Origin: Octopus sinensis
Lineage: Eukaryota
Length of the DNA: 12,625 nucleotides
Direction: 5' to 3'
NCBI RefSeq assembly: GCF_006345805.1
Contig: NW_021825905.1
Location: 1 to 12,625 of the forward strand
In this document: positions 8,380 to 12,625 of the stretch, piece after piece
Numbering within the stretch: position 1 is the first letter of the stretch
Layout: each line of letters starts with the position of its first letter
Translations under genes and position numbers: made by a program
Notes under the pieces: generated by a model
The model's input: only the letters and a program-made list of their open reading frames with translations
Told to the model about the DNA's origin: nothing
The model's database searches: none

Positions 8380-8700
8380 TTCCATTTTTACTAAATATGA
8401 TTCGCATAAATATTAGATTCATATAATGCATTGTGTGTTATATTTCTGAATTGTATTGAGTAATTAATTCGTAAAAAATTAATAATGGACGCATTTTGAA
8501 CAATGCCGCCAGTTCTATATCATGTGTAAATTAATGAGTTCTAGTTGAAACTTTGCAGCGCATCCTTAATTTCACGCTGAATGGAGTTGCGAATATTTTC
8601 ATTAAAGGAAGGACTAATCTAAATCTAAAAATTAAAATTTTATATAAATGTACCCAAAACGTGCTTCAAATTGATTAAGGAAATCACCATTATGGATATG
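8380..8700 (-). pseudogene. GTF2IRD2-type hAT transposase C-terminal remnant (hATC region)
   Basis: With frameshifts: NQFEARFG|FRLVLPLMKIFATPFSV..IKDAAKFQLELINLH-DIELAALFK..LLIFYELI...YLCES.FSKM; continues as ENIK after the retro insertion. Confidence 0.7.
8625..8653 (-). other. Candidate 29-nt intron in the hAT remnant
   Basis: GTACATTTATATAAAATTTTAATTTTTAG. Removal links FEARFG to FRLVLPLMKIFATPF in frame; the unspliced frame stops. Confidence 0.6.
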
Positions 8701-8904
8701 TTTAACCTTAAGAATGAATAGTTAAATTTAAAACATTATAAAAATTAAAAAAGTTAGTTACTCTAGAGTCCGCCAAAAAAATCCCAGGGGCCGCATTTGA
8801 GAACCGCTGATCAAACCCAGAATCAATGGGAATGTCCGGCTTGAGCTAAAATTAATATTTTGATAGTAAAAAATCATCTCTTTTTATAAAACGTTTTTGG
8901 AAAT

Positions 8905-9165
8905 TTTGAATATTTTCAATCGCATTAGCAATTCAAAAGTAAAAAGAGAAACTTTTCAACTTTCTGTATTTATTTGAGGGATAATTGAAGCATTCTAATT
9001 TGTTAACAGTTGTCAAAATTATTCCAATGACAGGTACAGTGTCTGGAATTGACGTTTTAAAGCATTTAATGAAAACTTTTAATAAAATTCAATATCATAC
9101 TTTAAAAATTTGTTGAAATTACGACAGAAGCACTTCCATGCTCAAGAAAAAAAATTTTCTCCTTC
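8905..9165 (+). pseudogene. GTF2IRD2-type hAT transposase central fragment
   Basis: FSIAL...QLSVFI*GI...IIPMTGTVSGIDVLKHLMKTFNK...ITT.(G)A.SM, matching the recalled FS+ALDES...QL..F+RG+...PM.GTT.G.D+...TTDGA.SM pattern. Confidence 0.7.
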
Positions 9166-9199
9166 AAATTGAAATTCTTTGAAAATGGTTGTCAATATT

Positions 9200-9560
9200 C
9201 GTTCCACCTGTTTGGACACGTTCTCGCTAGGAAATCTCGCACTATCCGCCGCCAATCCTGGGCACGCTTCGAGGCAGGCCGAGGACCGAAAGATTCTCAA
9301 GTACGGCCACCTCTCCAACTCGCTGTTCTTTACTCCTATTGCCGTGGAGTCCTTCCGGGATCTTCGGCCCCAAGACACTCCGCTTCCTTCGCTCGCTCGG
9401 TCGACGGATTTCAAGGACAAGCCACAATCCAAGAGAGTATTCTTGGCTCCTGGAACGTCTGTCGATTGCTGTGATCCGAGGGAACGGCTTCGCCATTCAC
9501 AAAACTGGCCGGGGTCTCGTGAGGTCATTAATTAGCTTAGCTATCTTTTTACTTTTATAA
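9200..9560 (+). mobile_element. CRE-like retrotransposon RLE C-terminal fragment
   Basis: STCLDTFS...GHASRQAEDRKILKYGHL...FTPIAVES, frameshift, IFGPKTLRFLRSLGRR...PREYSWLLERLSIAVIRGN. No tail or TSD recognised. Confidence 0.8.
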
Positions 9561-9600
9561 ATCACATTACAGTCAAATTCCGCCCAACAACAACACCCCG

Positions 9601-9870
9601 CTTAAATTGTTTTTTCTTCCGAAAACACAACATCTTTGATTCAACCTCTAGACATGGGTATAATAAAATGTTTTAAAGTATATTACACAAACTTCCTAAT
9701 GGAATTTATGTTCGATTTGAAAGAAGATACAACAATTATCCTAATCTGTGAAAAATATAGAATCGCGAATTTTATAATGGAATTGGGATAGAGGACAACA
9801 ACGATATTAGAAACGTATGAAATGATAGATAAGTTGGAAAATGTAGCGCAAAATACATATTTATGAGTTT
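9601..9870 (+). pseudogene. Second pogo/Tigger DDE_1 transposase fragment
   Basis: LKLFFLP(K)N, frameshift, TTSLIQPLDMGIIKCFKVYY, then ILETYEMIDK.W..V.QNT; this is the FLPPNTTS..QPLD motif that holds the third catalytic Asp. Confidence 0.8.
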
Positions 9871-10720
9871 AGATTTCAACTTGGAAAAGATTTAAGAAAT
9901 AAGAAAAATTTGAAATTGACTGATTATCAAAAAAATGTTTTAAAAATATGATTGATTTTTTAAGCACAAATTATGTATATCGGCATATAAACACTTTGAA
10001 AGATGTGAAAGAGTTCTTTGTTCGCAAGTAAACCAAAATTTAAATTAATGAACTATAATTCAATAGTTTGAACCAAACCCCTGTTTGGAAGGGTACCCCC
10101 GCTTTCTGGGGCACTTTGGTGCCCCACCCCGGGGTAAGACTGTATTAATAAAAAAAAAAATATTCGCGTCCTATCATTAAAATCGTTTTAATTAAAATAA
10201 CGTTTTTTTATTAATAATTGTTTAATTAATCTTAATTATAAATAAAAAATATAATAAATTAAGCCACGTTAAGCACTTGTGGGTTTACAATGTCGTGCGT
10301 TTTTCACTATTTAGTCGTTTTTTATATTTATATTTAATTTGGATTTAAAGGGAATAATTCATGATGTAATTTCTTTTAATGATTAAGTTATCTGAAATTC
10401 CATCCTTTTTGTGATATTGTCCTATTTTATTTCCTTGATCTGTTTTATTTTACATACCTTGAAATTTCTGAATTACTATTATTTTCTTTGAAATTTTTAT
10501 CTTATTTATCCCTATTTTTGTTATATTGCATTTTTATTAATTTTTCAATTGTATTTATTGTTTCATGAATCAAATAGTCTATATGTGATGTCAATTTATC
10601 ATTTTGCCTGTCACAGTAATTGTCAAAATTATTTGAATTTGTTTCTAATCAATAATTGTTTCGATAATACAAAATTTATTAAAATTAAGCGTCTAGGTTT
10701 TTCTACTCGATTCATATTAA

Positions 10721-11586
10721 TTTTTTTGTTGACAATTTTTAAACGAAAAAAAATCTAGCTATTAAGTACTGGCTTTTTTTTCAACGAGTACAAAATGTCA
10801 CTGAAAAGTATTATAAATCGTCACGCTCCGGCAGCCAGTATCGCGTGCGTGTTGCCACGAAGAACTGCAATTCCGATACGTTGGCGAAGCCAATACCCCT
10901 CGCGACTGTCCCTCCTTCGTTTAGCCAGCATCGCCCCAATTTCCTTGAGAAATTCCGCGGTTTTGGATCCCACTACACCAGACGTCTCTATCGAGATTGG
11001 GACAAAACGGAAAAGTTTTCCGATCTCCAAATACTTAGATATCTTCGCCTTTTCTGCTGCATTAGCAGCCCAACCGGACGAATGAATATTCCGAAGAATC
11101 GTGGACTGGGAGAACGTGTCTACGCACGTCGCATCCCATGCGAGTGATTTTCCCTGGGAGTACGGGAAAAGAGTTATCCCATCGGGCCTTCTGCCATCTT
11201 CCCGGTCAAGCCCGACGGGTTCCAGGTGTGCTGGAAATCCTGCGCTCTCGAGGGCCCGTCGTATTATGTCGTTGAGTGCGGCATGGCGGGGAGCGCGACC
11301 TGCACTCCTCTTGCAAGACAAAGGGTGTAGTACTGGCTTGCAGGATTGAAAGACAATTCCCACGTAAAGCAGCCAGCGAGATCTTTTGAATAAGGAATAT
11401 AAATTCCCTGAGATCTCTGGAGCGATGGATGCACAGACAGCCAAGTTTCTTAAGATGAGCAAGCGTCTTGGCCCCAAAAACACAGGGAATCTCGACGGCA
11501 ATTGCCCAAAAGCAAAATCGATCGCGAAAATCTTTGTATTTTGTTAGTTTCGCGAATTCGGCTTTCCCGGCCGATTTTTTGGCTAG
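10721..11586 (-). mobile_element. CRE-like RLE fragment A (older copy, split by copy B)
   Basis: Frame not in the ORF track: LAKKSAGKAEFAKLTKYKDFRDRFCFWAIAVEIPCVFGAKTLAHLKKLG...DLREFIFLIQKISLAALRGNCLSILQAST. Its TAA lies beyond copy B at 10762-10764, with an A7 run at 10721-10727. Confidence 0.8.
10776..11328 (-). mobile_element. 5'-truncated CRE-like retrotransposon copy B with intact RLE reading frame
   Basis: HPLSCKRSAGRAPRHAALNDIIRRAL...LEPVGLDREDGRRPDGITLFPY...LAWDATCVDTF...AEKAKISKY...IETSG...RQRIGIAVLRGN...AAGA* (PD-(D/E)xK-type). A 40-nt 3' UTR, an A8 tail and an 11-bp TSD AGTACTGGCTT at 10765-10775 and 11329-11339. Confidence 0.9.
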
Positions 11587-11589
11587 CCA

Positions 11590-11782
11590 CCAATTTCATC
11601 TCGTCAACTTTGTCCGTCGAAATCACTAATTTGTGATTTCCGCACGGCTGTTTGAGGTATATTCTTCCATTGATTAAAATAAACTTTTCAGCTTTCTTTT
11701 TAAGGCAGTAAACTTTTTGTCTCGATTGATTTTCGATATTTTGTCCATTTAAAACTTTTTCTAGCAATCGATACTCATCCAT
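11590..11782 (-). pseudogene. Integrase-3 N-terminal fragment (same family as integrases 1 and 2)
   Basis: MDEYRLLEKVLNG...KKKAEKFILINGRIYLKQPCGNHKLVISTDKVDEMKLVAS, then fused to CRE fragment A. The 137-aa ORF in the track is a chimera. Confidence 0.75.
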
Positions 11783-12113
11783 ATCTCTTACAAAAGAACC
11801 GACATAAGTAACACAGAAGAAACACGCCTTTATATACATTCTGTTCAAAAAAAACGTGACCACTTGAAAATGTGTGTTTTTCCAATTTTTATTGATTGGA
11901 GGTTATTGTTTGCATTTTTGGAGGTATTGATGGCTTCATGCTTGGTTTGAACTTTCTCACTAATGGATTCAAGCTTTTCAGGACTCCCATTCGCTTCCGA
12001 ACAATATTGGGAGACTTTGATTTTCTTTCTGATTCCGCAGTGTTTTCAGTTTTTACCAAAAATAACTCGATTACCAAACATATATTTTTGTGACAATAGT
12101 CCATGCATTAAAG

Positions 12114-12625
12114 CAGTGGTTCTTAACCTTTATTTTTGTACCACCACCTTGGAATTTTTTTCGCCCCTCCAATTTTTTTATTTCATTAGTAAAAATTTTT
12201 ATTTAAAAAATAAGAGTTTTAATGAGATCCTTGTGGTTGATGAAGATTGACAAGTTTTTCAAAATTTGTATTTCTTTTCGTAAGTGTAATTCTAATGTCA
12301 AAATTCTTTTTTAATTCTAAAAAAAAGTCTGGCTTTTTTTCAATTGAATTATGATGTTTTTGCTTTAAATGTTCAATCAAACGAGACGGTTTCATTGCCT
12401 CATTCGAAAAAATTGTACCACATTGAAGACAAAGTGGTTTATTAGGATCTTGAGGATCTTTAATAAATCCAAGAGAAATATATTCATCTTTATACATTCT
12501 GACTTTTTTCTGAACACGACCCATAAAGACAACTAGAAATCACGGTTAGAAATTTAAATAAAATATGATAAAAATATCATATTATTAATAAATATTATTA
12601 GACTCGATTATGTATCTTTATTTTT
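12114..12625 (-). mobile_element. Second Buster-type hAT, deletion derivative, other end outside the window
   Basis: TIR CAGTGGTTCTTAACC at 12114, preceded by CATTAAAG (central TA); the transposase N-terminus is truncated about 100 bp from this end. Confidence 0.75.
12219..12524 (-). pseudogene. Buster/ZBED5-like transposase BED zinc-finger fragment
   Basis: RMYKDEYISLGFI...PLCLQC...FSNEAMKPSRLIEHLKQKH...FFLELK. Confidence 0.88.

Larger units (their letters stand above)
7710..8809 (-). mobile_element. Non-autonomous hAT (Charlie/SPIN-like) deletion derivative with a retro-element inserted
   Basis: Ends CAAGGGTTCTCAACC (7710) and TTTGAGAACCGCTG (8809), with GGGCCGCA subterminal motifs at both ends. 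Flanks ATCTAAAC and ATCAAAC form an 8-bp TSD with a 1-nt deletion. Confidence 0.8.

Noticed and set aside
10821-11501. 226-aa ORF as a single endonuclease gene
   Set aside because: Chimera: the first ~57 residues are an off-frame reading of copy A, joined to copy B at the TSD.
799-12250. Short ORFs antisense to or overlapping transposon genes (e.g. 799-1011, 948-1214, 3061-3279, 3978-4289, 9142-9528, 10795-11085, 11963-12250)
   Set aside because: Shadow frames of recognised elements or low-complexity AT-rich sequence; no motifs.

Overview
AT-rich eukaryotic DNA made almost entirely of nested, partly decayed transposable elements; no host gene, RNA gene or CRISPR array can be supported. It contains Ginger/KRBA2-SCAND3-like DDE integrases (one near-intact ORF, apparently inserted into a second integrase gene, plus a third N-terminal fragment). 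It also has three hAT-type elements with CAGnGGTTCTYAACC-type ends (two Buster-like, one GTF2IRD2/SPIN-like) plus loose GTF2IRD2-like fragments, and two pogo/Tigger remnants. An IS630/Tc1-like fragment, a ~20-bp minisatellite, and four GC-rich 3'-end fragments of CRE-like non-LTR retrotransposons (restriction-like endonuclease only, no RT) complete the list. The two most striking observations: (1) several transposase genes are interrupted by miniature GT-AG introns (24, 29, 30 and 33 nt, plus a 98-nt one that looks like a 22-nt intron with a later insertion), and removing them restores the reading frame or family motif; (2) one CRE-like copy sits inside the last codons of another, flanked by an 11-bp target-site duplication. 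Family assignments come from recalled motifs, not database searches.
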